A stretch of 64,000 bases of DNA from contig NW_024704742.1 of the NCBI RefSeq assembly GCF_018977255.1, positions 30,258,001 to 30,322,000 of the forward strand, in the 5' to 3' direction. The DNA comes from Callorhinchus milii. Its lineage: Eukaryota. A program made the translations under genes and the position numbers. Within the stretch, counting starts at the first letter, position 1. Every line of letters begins with the position of its first letter. This document shows, one piece after another, positions 39,062 through 50,900 of the stretch. The notes beneath the pieces were generated by a model. That model was not told the DNA's origin. It did no database searches and saw nothing but the letters and a program-made list of their open reading frames with translations.

Positions 39062-42000
39062 GTCAAGATTGATGAGCTGCAGGCTCAAGTTGCCACATGG
39101 GGTGACGATGTAGTGGCAATAACAGAGACCTGGCTCAAAACAAGGGCAGGGATGGGAGCTTAATATTTCTGGCTACAATGTGTTCAGGAGGGATAGGGAA
39201 GGAAAAAAAGGAGTGGAGGTGGCAATATGGATTAAAGACACGGTTACGGCATTGGAAAGGGACACAGTGCGAGAGAGTCCAAAAATAGAATCTATTTGGT
39301 TGAGTTAAGCAGCAGAAAAGGAGCTGTTACTCTGTTAGCTCTATACTATAGACCATCAAATAGTAGGAAGGAGATAGACGAGCAAATCTGTAAGCAGATT
39401 TTAGAAAGATGCGAAACCGGTAGATTAGTGATAATGGGGGACTTCAATTATCCTAACATAGACTGGCGAAATAACAGTGTAAAAGGTAAGGAGGGGGAAG
39501 GATTCCTGAAATGTGTGCAGGATAACTTTCTGGATCAGTATATTTCCAGTCCAACGAAGAAGGAAGCAGTGCTGGATCTAGTTCTGGGGAATGAAGTGGG
39601 GCAAGTGAAGCAGGTTTCAGTAGGAGAACATCTGGACAATAGTGATCACAACATCATTAGGTTTAGAGTACTTATGGAAAGGGACAAGGAGCAATCAATG
39701 GTGAAGATATTCAACTGGAAGAGGGTTAATTTCAATGAGTTAAAAAGGGACCCAACCAAGGTGGAGTGGAAAGAAAGATTGACAAGTAAAACAGCTAATG
39801 GGCAATAAGAAGCCTTCAGGAGGAGATAGTTTGGGGACAGAACAAATACATTCTCACAAATGGGAAAGGTAGGACATCCAAACCTCCCTGAATGAATAAG
39901 GAAATTGAGTTTAAAATAAAACAGAAAAAGGAGGCTTATGATAAATGTCAGGCCCAAAATACAGAAGGTAATCAAATAGAATATAGAAAGTACAGAGGAG
40001 AACTGAAAAAGGAAATAAGAGGGGCAAAGAGATTGCATAAGAAAAGATTAGCGAGTAACATAAAAGGGAAGTATTTTATAAGCATATAAAGAATAAAAGA
40101 TTAGTCAAAGGTAGGGTGGGACCAATTAGGGACCAAAGAGGAAATTTTGTGGAGGTAGAGGGCATGGCTGACGTACTGAATGAGTACATTGCATCTGTCT
40201 TCACAAAAGAGAATGCAGCTAATGCCACAGTATCGGAGGAGAGGGTAGACAAATATAATAATAATAATAATAATCCTTGCATTTGATATAGCGCTTTTCA
40301 CATCAGGAGGATGTCCCAAAGCGCTTCACAGAACATACTGTAAAGTGAATTGACTGTATATTTGTGGGCGAACGCGGCAGCCGATTGCGCACAGCAATGT
40401 CCCACAAACAGTCGTAGATTGAAAATGACCAATTTATTATTGTTTTCGGTTTTGGAGGGATTATTATTAGGCGTGTGGAGTAAGGAAACTTGCCCAAGGT
40501 TTCGCCCTCTGCCTGGAATTGAACTCAGGTCTCTCACTTGCAAAGCGAGTGCTCTAACCACTGAGCTACAGGACTCCAAATTGAATAAGAACAAACAAAC
40601 CCAGAGGAGGTACTGAAAAGGTTGTCGGTATTCAAGGTAGATAAGATACCCAGTCCGGACGGGATGCATCCTAGGTTACTGAGGGAAATAAGGGTGGAAA
40701 TAACGGAGGCTCTGGCCACAATCTTTCAATCCTCTTTGGACATCGGGGTGGTGCCAGAGGACTGGAGGGTTGCAAATGTTACTCCCCTGTTCAAAAAAGG
40801 GCAGAAAGATAAACCCGGGAACTACAGGCCAGTCAGCCTAACGTCAGTAGTGGGGAAACGTCTAGACACTATAATCTGGGACAAAATAAATTTTCACTTA
40901 GATAAATATGAGGTAATAAAGGACAGCCAACACGGATTTGTTAAAGGCAAATCATGTCTAACAAACCTGATGGCGTTTTTTGATGAAGTAACAGAGAAGG
41001 TGGATGAAGGTAGTGCAGTTGATGTAGTTTGTATAGATTTTCAAAAGACGTTTGATAAAGTGCCATATAAGAGACTTGTAAACAAAATGGAAGCCCACAG
41101 TATTAAAGGGATAGTGGCAACATGGATACAGAACTGGCTGGGAGACAGAAAGCAGAGAGTCATGGTGAACGGTTGTTTTTCTGACTGGAGGGAAATGTGC
41201 AGTGGTGTCCCCCGGGGTCGGTATCGGGGCTCCTGCTGTTTTTGATCTACCTAAATGATCTGGACTTGAGTATTGGGAGTACAATTTCCAAGTTTGCAGA
41301 TGATACTAAGCTAGGAAAAGTAGTAAAAAGTGAGGAGGATAGTAGCAGAATGCAAGAGGATATAGACAGACTGGTAAAATGGGCAGACAGGTGGCAGATG
41401 AAGTTTAATGGAGAAATGCGAAGTGATGCATTTTAGGAGGAAGATTGGGGAGAAGCAATATAAGCTGATGGTACAATCTTAAAGGGAATGAAGAAACAGA
41501 GAGACCTGGGGGTTCATATAAGTAAATCTTTGAAGGTGGCAGGACAGGTAGATAAAGCTGTTATAAAAACATATGGGATACTAGGCTTTATAAATAGGGG
41601 CATAGAGTACAACAGTCAGGAAGTTATGATAAATCTTTATAAAAACACTGGTTAGGCCACAGCTAGAGTACTATGTTCAGTTCTGGGTACCACACTTTAG
41701 GAAGGATGTCAAGGCATTGGAGAGGGTGCAAAGGAGATTTACCAGGATGGTACCAGGAATAAGGGACTTCAGTTATAGGGAGAGGCTAGAGAAGCTAGGA
41801 TTATTCTCCTTGGAGCAGAGAAGGATAAGAGGAGACTTATTAGAAGTTTTCAGAGTTATGAGGGGATTCGATAGGGTGAACAAGGAGAAACTGTTTCAAC
41901 TGGTTGGTAACCTGAGGGCACCAATTTAAAATAGTTGTTAAAAGAGACAGAGGGGAGGTGAGGAGAATTTTTTTCAAACAGCAAGTTATTTGGATCTGGA

Positions 42001-42207
42001 ATGTATTGTCTGAAGGGGTGATGCTAGCTGATTTGATAACAACTTTTAAGAGAGAAGTAGATAATTATTTGGAGAGGACATATTTGCAGGGCTATGGGGA
42101 GAGTTCGAGGGAGTGAGATTGATTTGAGTAGCTCTTTTTAAAAGCTGGCACAGACACAATGGGCCAAATGGCCTCCTTCTGTGCTGTATAATTCTATGAT
42201 TCTATGA
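39062..42207 (+). mobile_element. CR1 LINE ORF2 (APE endonuclease + RT), disrupted, interrupted by a SINE
   Basis: KIDEL..VAITETWL, YYRPSNS, MGDFNYP, LDLVL, SDHN, PGNYRPVSLTS, QHGFVKGKSCLTNL, KFADDTK; tail (ATTCTATG)2. Confidence 0.95.
40253..40577 (-). mobile_element. Full-length young tRNA-Ala SINE nested in CR1 ORF2
   Basis: Nearly identical to 7654-7992; CR1 sequence resumes on both sides, with a short AAAT duplication. Confidence 0.92.
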
Positions 42208-43761
42208 GGTTTTGTTAACAAAGACCTAACTCTTTGACCACACCTTGTGACTAGAGATGAGAGTGCTATCAACTCAGCCAAGCTGACACATAGGTATGTC
42301 TTGTTCCGAACAATGAACAATTTGGGTATGAATCATCTTGTTGTGTTCCATTGAAATTGGGATTAAAAGCATATGCGATGTGCATTGCAGTTCTGTGTTC
42401 AGAGCAAGTCAGAGCAGATTGACAGTAAATGTCTTACATTCCTATGTTACTGCCAGTTTTGTCCTGCCCCATTCACAAGCCAATACACTTAGTAATATGG
42501 AAGCTAATTGGCAAAGAGGCTTTCTTAACTCATTTAAAGCTGACACTTAGCTCATAGTACAGCTTGGGGATGGTACAATTTTATTTCATATATCTCTAAC
42601 AACATCTTGCACATTTATAATAGCAGCTGGTGGTTTGACATCTGCTCAGCCAAATCATTCCTAGATGTGGCTATAGGTTTTCTAATTTCTGCTGGAATTG
42701 GTAATTCACAGCTCTACCACCTAAGTCACGGCCACGCATTTGAGTAGAAAAACTGAATGCCAAGTACGGTCACCACAACAGTCATTAGATGTACAACCTC
42801 AGGGCAAAAATATCCTTGTTAATGAGGGAAGAGACCTTACCATTATTGATCAATGTGTGCCCCCATTTTTAGATGCCAACAAATGGCTGCATATTTTTAA
42901 TTGATTGAGATTTGCTCTTAACATTAGAGTGGGATTTCTCCCTCAAAGAACTTAGTCACAGATACTCAAAGTTATATAAATGCAAATTGTTGTGATGTCT
43001 TGTGGTTAGTCACAGATACTTGGCCTCACTTAAACGTTGATGGTGTAGCACCAATGAGTCAAGCTCCCTGTGACTGAGGTGTCATTTCCTTTTCAGGTTA
43101 ATCCTGTGGAGATTTCTCTAGGCAAATGATATTCAATTTGATGCACTAAATATTTTATCAGTCAGTAACAACATAAACTTGCTAGCTTTATTGATAAGTA
43201 CAGTAATTTCTAAACCAGATTTATGAATTAAACATTTTTATTTATATCAAAATGCAAATGGAGGATTATTATTTAATCCCTACAGCAACCAGTTGGTTTT
43301 TTTCTTTAGTGCAAGTATTTTATGCTTTACTTGTAGTTAGAAATACTTAAACACTATAAGGGTATGAATAATGGAAAACAGACACTGTGCTGTTATGATT
43401 CATAGTAGTGGTTAATGCGCTTACCTCAGGTCAGGGATTCGATTCCCGGCCGGGGCGAAATCTTAGCCAAGTCTCCACACACCTCTGTTTACCTAGCAGT
43501 AAGTAGGAACCCAGTTATTAGTCAATTGGTGGTTCGCTTTCCGGGGATTATTATTTTTCTAGAGGCAGAAAATTAGCTGCATAATTGCTCTCACCATCAA
43601 TGCATTTAAAAAAAAGGTTTAAGATGCAAACTGTATTACTGCTGATTGAGGTAAGTGGCTGCACACTACACTAATAACATCCTGGGTTAATAAGAGTAGT
43701 CCAGAGATACAATAACAAAATTACATTTGTATATTATTATGTAAAGTATATTATGATTATT

Positions 43762-43912
43762 GGGAGAGGAGGTAGGAGAGCGCGGGGCGGAGCCGAGGCC
43801 TGGCTGTGTATAAAAGCACAGCCAGGTGAGGGGCCACTCAATCGGGAGCGGAGGTAGGAGAGCGCGGGGTGAGGTAAGTGAGGGGGCGGCGCGAGTCACA
43901 AAGTGACGTCAC
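43762..43912 (+). promoter_or_regulatory. Orphan Pol II core-promoter-like module (possibly a LINE 5' UTR)
   Basis: GC box GGGGCGGAG, TATAAAAG 43809-43816, Inr-like TCAATC with A at 43840, donor GAG|GTAAGT at 43874, CRE GTGACGTCAC 43903-43912. Confidence 0.5.
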
Positions 43913-44088
43913 AGTTAAAAAAAATTACATAAAAAAAGCAACAACAACAACAACAATAGCCTGGCAGCTGCTGCCACTCGGCCATGACCTGGGAGGCTGA
44001 GCCTGAGGGCTGATGCCGTCCTGCTGATCGTTCGCTCCCGGTCTCTGCGTGCGCATTTTGGCTACCGCCCCGACCCGAGTCTCCCCCA

Positions 44089-44395
44089 AATGTCTCTCCT
44101 CCCACCCCCCTCTATGTCTCTCCTCCCACCCCTCTCTGTGTCTCTCCTCTCATCCCCCCCTCTATGTCTCTCCTCTCACCCCCCCCTCTATGTCTCTCCT
44201 CTCACCCCCCTCTATGTCTCTCCTCTCATCCCCCCCTCTATGTCTCTCCTCTCACCCCCCCCCCTCTATGTCTCTCCTCTCACCCCCCCCTCTATGTCTC
44301 TCCTCTCACCCCCCTCTATGTCTCTCCTCTCACCCCCCCCTCTATGTCTCTCCTCTCACCCCCCTCAATGTTTCTCCTCCCACCCCCCCCTCTAT
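44089..44395 (+). repeat. Pyrimidine-rich minisatellite, unit about CCCCCCTCTATGTCTCTCCTCTCA (26-30 bp, about 11 copies)
   Basis: Directly visible; C-run length varies between units. Confidence 0.93.
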
Positions 44396-44980
44396 CCGCT
44401 ACTCCCCCGCTGTCCTTCTCTCCCACCACCCTCCCCGCCTTCTCTCTCTCCTCGACCCATCACCACTTCCCTCTGCTCCAGCCTGGGCATCCTCCGCCGG
44501 GCCCATCATGGCTCCCGGCACTGGCTGTCCCAGAGCAGCAACCCCACATGTCCAATCATTCACTCCCTCCACTCAAACTGCCTCCTTAAGACAAATCCAA
44601 CTCCCACTTCCCTCATATGTACCCTCCCCAACTCTCCACTCACACCAATCTCCACAACCATCTCTCCCGTACACCCAAAAATCCTCTCCGCATTGCTCTC
44701 TCCTCCCCTCCCATCCCTCCTTCAAACCCACCCACATTTCCCTCCAAAATGTCCGTTTCCTCACAAATAAAGCCCTTGTCATCCACGACCTCATCCTGGA
44801 TGAGCACTTTGACATTCTTGGGCTCACCGAAACCTGGCTCTCCCCCAATGACCCCATCCCCCTAGTGGAAGCCTCCCCTCCAGGCTACATTTTCCACCAC
44901 ACCGCCGTCCAAACCAACCTGGCGGCGGAGTGGTCTTCATTTCCAAAGCCTCCCTTGGTCTCAACCCCTACTCCTCTGGC
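44396..44980 (+). mobile_element. L2 ORF2 N-terminal (APE) fragment
   Basis: ILRRAHHGSRH (L2 IHRGS-like) and ISLQNVRFLTNKALVIHDLILDEHFDILGLTETWL..ASPPGY. Confidence 0.85.
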
Positions 44981-47900
44981 TAGAAGATGTGAAAAGCGCT
45001 ATATCAAATGCAAGGATTATTATAATAATACTAATAATAACAATAAAAATAATGATCCTTCGTTTGAGTGTTTATACTGTTTCATATAGGACTAAAGGAA
45101 TCGTCAACAACAATTTAAAAATAAAAGGAAATTTAGCAAAAGGCCCTTTTTTCCAGCAATGTATTTTCATACAAATTTCATACAAATTGTTCACTCAATT
45201 GTTCGTGGGGCACTGCTGTGCGCAACTGGCTGCAGTGTTTTCCCGCAAAATACACAGCCAATCCACTTCACACTATATTCTATGAAGCGCTTCGAGAAGT
45301 CTCAACAATGTGATAAGGTGCTAATGCACGTATTATTATTATTAATAGCAACAATAACAAAAATTACATTTGTATAGTGCCTTTCACGTCATGAGGAAGT
45401 TCCAATAACCCCACCCGCCGCTGATATATTGCCAGCAGTGAAATAGGTGATGGGTTATGGATTTTACATTTAATATTATCAGCTAACTGAACACACAAGG
45501 ACAATTAATCCAGTTTTGGGACCCGTAATGAGATCAGGACCACCTCCCCTTCCCCCAGCCCGCCCCCACCTCCCCAGAGAGAGAGTTGCCAATATCACAC
45601 CACATGGCTGAATCTGGCCTTTCTCCTTGAGAAATATTGCTCCTTTACAAGCAACTATATTTACATTAGCACTGCTCAAATCCTTTAATTCCAGGCCATC
45701 CAAATCCCCAGAATTTCAATTCATTTGTGGCCAACATTTATCGTGTTTTATCTGCGCTCATTAGTGGTATTATTGTACAACTGCAAATTAGTAACTCGGG
45801 CTAAAAAAACTTATTTTGGGAGCTTATCTGTGCTTAGTTTTTGTAAGAAAAAATAAGCCTGCGGAGCAATTTAGCAGTGAAATAGGTGATGGGTTATGGA
45901 TTTCACATTTAATGTTATCAGCTAACTGAACACACAGTGCTTAATGAAGGAACTTTATAGCTTGTACACAAGTATCTCTTTGTCACTGCTGCCGTCTCAG
46001 GATTGCTCAGTCAGCAGAGCAGTGTGGAATACCTAGAAAGTAGACCAACTGTGCGATACAAGCAACGATCAAAGATCATGCTGCAGTGCCATGAAATAAA
46101 TCGTGCAATCTTCACACATGTGGACATAAGGGCATGCTTGGCATAAATAACTACAATGCCCTGCCACTGTAGTTTATTTTTAGCTATGCTGGTTGTAGCA
46201 AATTACAATGAATGTCGTTTTGTAAGCTGATATTTTTTCAATCTACACGCACAGCTCAGCAGATATGATCTTATCTTGGCTCCAAACTTCACCTGACGGT
46301 TTCACTTGTGTGACCATGTTGATTTGCTGCTCAAGTGTGAAGCATAAGAGAGAGAGTGCGTATTCCATTCCAATAATCTATCTCTGGAATTTCCATGTGT
46401 ATGTAAGATGTATGGAAATTTTGGTTTGGAGTCTCTTAAGCGTGGTGATGGGTTTCCGCATGTGTCAGGCAACTGGCTGACCAAAAACAAAATACATAGG
46501 AAGAATATTTGTCTCCAAGTGGAAGTTGTGACATGGAATCTAAATAATTGATGGGCAATCAGTCAGAGCTGCTCTTCATGCCATCGATGAATATCAGGAT
46601 CAGATTCAGTAGTAGATATGGATTAGGCAACAGCCGTCTGCCCAATTCTCCTCAGTCATTGTGTTTGGTTGTATGGAATGTTCAAAAGTGAAGGAAGCTG
46701 GAATTTGGCTGATAAAATGTATAATAGTCTTGGTGCTGTGAAACAGTGCTCCTGTACAGCATTATACCCTCCAGCAGACCAAGTATTTATTGTATGTAGT
46801 AACTACTGTGCAACTTATAGTCTAAAGTTCAAATATTTCTTAAGTATTCAATATAAATGTATGGATGTACCCGGATACATGGACGTACAGGAAAGGGACA
46901 CCATTCTCAATTGTATTGTTTTGTATGCAATACATGCTGGATGTGTAGTAAATCCCCCCACAATCGGCCTCAAAATATGCAGTCAATTCACTTTGCAGTA
47001 TATCCTGTGAAGCTCTTTGAGACATTTAGAAGATGTGATAATGCCCTATATCAAATGCAAGGATTATTATTATTATTATTAATTACAGCTTGCTTCACGC
47101 TGAATTATGTTGGTTTGGAAGAAGTGACTATCCTGCTAATCGACAATCCAAATGACAGCTAGTGGAAGATACTACCTGGAGTCTGGGTTGGATGAATACT
47201 CTTAAACATGATAATGGGTTTCCGCATGTGTCGAATACCTGGCTGACCAAAACCAAATTGGACAATATTGGACAAGTTTTTTTACAAACAACAACAACCT
47301 GCACTTATATAGCACTTATATGCAGCGGAATCCACTTTAGGCGGATGCCGGTTAATCTTGGATGCCGAGTAAATCGATCAAAACGCCTGGCCCTGAATAA
47401 TTTGCATCCTTACCTGTTTTAAATATGACGGTTGATTCGGACAATGCCGCCCTAGTCGCTGATAAATGTACTCACACGGTCGGGCCATCTGCGTGTCGAG
47501 AGGCTCCATTTAGCCACGAGGGGCTCCAGGATGGAGATGGGAAGAGTCTAAGATTGATTGACAGTGACTCCAGCCATTCACAAGCAGCTGGAATTGGGCT
47601 GTCAACAGTGAGGGAGTGGAGGAACTAGGAAGAACAAGGGATATGTATATATATATTTGATATATCAATGCAAGGATTATTATTATAGGGAATGGGGGAA
47701 GTCAAAACATGATTATTTGACAGCTGGAGCAACTTTTGAATGGGTGGAGTCCACTTGCCATCCAATGATACTAGCAATGGGAGGGAGGGAGCTGGGAGGA
47801 AGAGGTCAGGGACTGTGGCCTGTAACCATCACTACCACCAGTATGAATCATTTGAACCTTGTTAATAATGGAGCTGGGGAGACCAGCAAGGAATAAGATA

Positions 47901-50900
47901 TATCCTTATTTTTACTGAAACAATAAAACTTTGCAGAAAACAGTGCTAGATACAAAGCAGGGATACACTATCATTTTATAGCTGATTGCATGCGGTAACC
48001 TGTGATGGAAAGTAAAAATTGCAGTTATATTACGCACACAGTGTTGCTGAATACATATTTCAAAAATATTAAATACGCGAAGCTCGTGATTTTGCAGAGA
48101 TTTTTAGAAAAAGAAAAACTTGGGACAATTGGAACATTGTTGTTTTGTAACAGTGTTATAATAATAACAGTCAGGATTGTGAGCTCAGAGTCTAGGCTAA
48201 CACTCTGTTATAGTGCTGGGGTGCACTGCATTGACAAAGGTGACGTACTTTGGATAAGATGTTATACTGAGGTCCCTTCTTACTGTTCTGGTGAGCGTTA
48301 TAATCCTTGAATTTGGTGTAGCGCTTTATCACATCAGAAGGATACACCTGACGTGAAAGGCGCTAGCTATACAAATGTAATTTGCATTGTATCTCAAAGC
48401 GATTCACAGTAATTACTGTGAAATGGAGGGACAAATGTGTATTTGTAGGTAAACGTGGCAGCTGAATTGTGCACAGCAATGTCTAACAAAACAAAATGAC
48501 CAATTTTATATGGGGGATTGTTGGCCAGGACACTGGGAGAAACTCCCTTTTCTTTTCAATTAGTGCCATGGGATCTTTAACATCCAACTGAACAGGTAGA
48601 TAGGATCTCAGTTTAATGTCATCTGAAAGACAACACCTCCAATAATGCAACAGCTTCCAGCACTACATTTAGAGTGTCACTTAGACTATGTGAGTTCAAG
48701 TCCTGACATGGAATTTGAACCCACAATTTTCTGACTCAGACATGACTCAGACAGTTACCACTGAGCCAAACTGACATGTTAAAGATCAAAAAGATAAAGC
48801 AGTTTCCCTTCCACAGTGTCCTAGCCAGGATTACTCTTGATTTAGTTGGTCATTCACCTTACTCCTGTTTGCTGGGCATTGCTGCATACAAATTGTCTGT
48901 TGTACAAATTACACAGTTACCTCCATTTCACAGTATATGCTGTACAGCACGTTGAGGTATTATGTCAAATTCAAGGGTTATAAATTATTACTGGCAGGTC
49001 TAACAGGCCTTGGTTTTACAGTTATGGATTGAAGGCTTACGTCTCTTTACCTTGGGTACTCGGGTACTGACTATACCATCCTGTTCTGAGAAATAATAAA
49101 AGCTAGCACCAGAAAGACTAGGTAAAAAATACCTCACCAAAGAGAACTTGAAGGATAAACTTAATAATTTATCATGAGTTTAGACCATGAACATCAGCAG
49201 GCTATTCACCTATCAGGATATTTCAACCAAGCCTATTCTAGGAACATAGGAATTAGGAGCAGGAATAGGCCGTTCGGCCCCTCGAGCCTGCCCCGCCATT
49301 CAATAATATCATGGCTGATCTTCAACCTAACTCCATCTGCCCGCCTTATCCCTATATCCCTTAATCTCTCTATCCTTTAGAAATCTATCAATCTTAGTCT
49401 TGAATAATTCTGTTCTTACCTAACTTCTAATATTTGCGTGGCAGCTTGGCTTGGTTAGTAGCACTAACCTTTGGATCAGAAAGTGGTGGGATCAAGGCTG
49501 ACTCCATCGACCTATATCAGCAATTTGTTTAACTTTTAACTCTCTTTGGCCTGCTTGTGTTCCTAGTTCCTAAATCTTTCAAGCCGGCTCTGACCAAGTC
49601 GCCTTTTCTCCATTTCTGCAACATCGTCCACCTCTGGCATTATCTCACTCCTAACGCAACTGAAACTGTCTTGTACACTTTGGTCACTTACAGCCTAAAC
49701 TATGAGCTCAAAATAATCTGAAGTGGGGCTTGAACCCACAACCTTCTGACTTAGGAGTGAGGTAAGAGACACACTAAGCTGACTTCTACTTATCTGGACA
49801 TTTCACTAACATCTATGGCTTTGCTGGAATGTTTTATTGAAGAAAATAGTTGAATTACATTTTCCCAACCTTCGCACCAAAGTGAAAGGTCAGGCTGGAT
49901 GTGTACTGATTTCTGTGGTTGTGGTATCTAACTCTTGAAATGAAAAGCATTGTTTGTTCCACTTCCCACAGAAGGAAATTGCTGTAAAGCTGGTGGACGA
50001 GAAAAGTCCCTTAATAACATTTTTCCCAAAAGTTGTTTTCTTTTCTCACGTGCTCCATGATAACAGAAGGGAGTTTTTGCTGGCGTCCTGGTCAATAAAT
50101 CCCCTATATAAAATTGGTTATTCACTCCCTGGCTGTTTGTGGGACATTGCTGTGTGTGAATTGGTGCTGCCACTTTGACCTACAAATGTCATCTGTCACT
50201 GCACTTTATAATATATTTTGTGTAATACTTTACCAAATGTAAGGATTTCTATTATGATTATTATTACACTCCAGGGTAAACCGATTTCTCATAATGCCCT
50301 GAAGGTATTTCAAAACAATATGTTTTGATAGAAATTCTAAGAATGATATATTAAATTCAGATTTATGGATTCCTGAATTTTAGTACAGTACCACAAAGAA
50401 ACAGATACATTATAAAGATTTGAGAATGCAAAAGGAATTTATCACAAGATCACAAAAGTGGTTCAGATGAAAAAGTCCTTTCAGAAATTCAATGCAGCAA
50501 CATGTTAAACATTGAGAGAGAGAGAGAGAGGGAGAGAGAGAGGGGCTGTAAACTTTTGATGAACTAAAGCTTAGGCTTTAATACCTCATTCTCTTTCACT
50601 CTACAAAATATTTTTTACAGAAAAAGGTTCCTGTTCAAAAACATTGATTGAAGGTCAATATTTTCTTATACATAGTATATTTGCTTATAATAAGACACAG
50701 TCACTACACGTTAAAGTAAATCCTGTGAAACGCTTTGAGATTTATTATCTCAAACACAAGGATTATTATTATAATCTTTTATAAACTACATTTTCTTGTC
50801 TGGTACAGTACTCTGTTCAGAGATGGACTAAAGTTCCCACAACTGATAATTCAACCATCAGAATTTGAGGTAAAGGTTGAAGGATCCAAACCCAAGGCAT

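Noticed and set aside
39062..42207. Active autonomous CR1 (likewise the L2 at 32288-34650)
   Set aside because: Multiple stops and frameshifts and no ORF1 or 5' end; the CR1 also carries a nested SINE.
44049..45089. 346-aa and overlapping proline/serine-rich ORFs
   Set aside because: These are a minisatellite translation fused to an L2 endonuclease fragment and a SINE tail.
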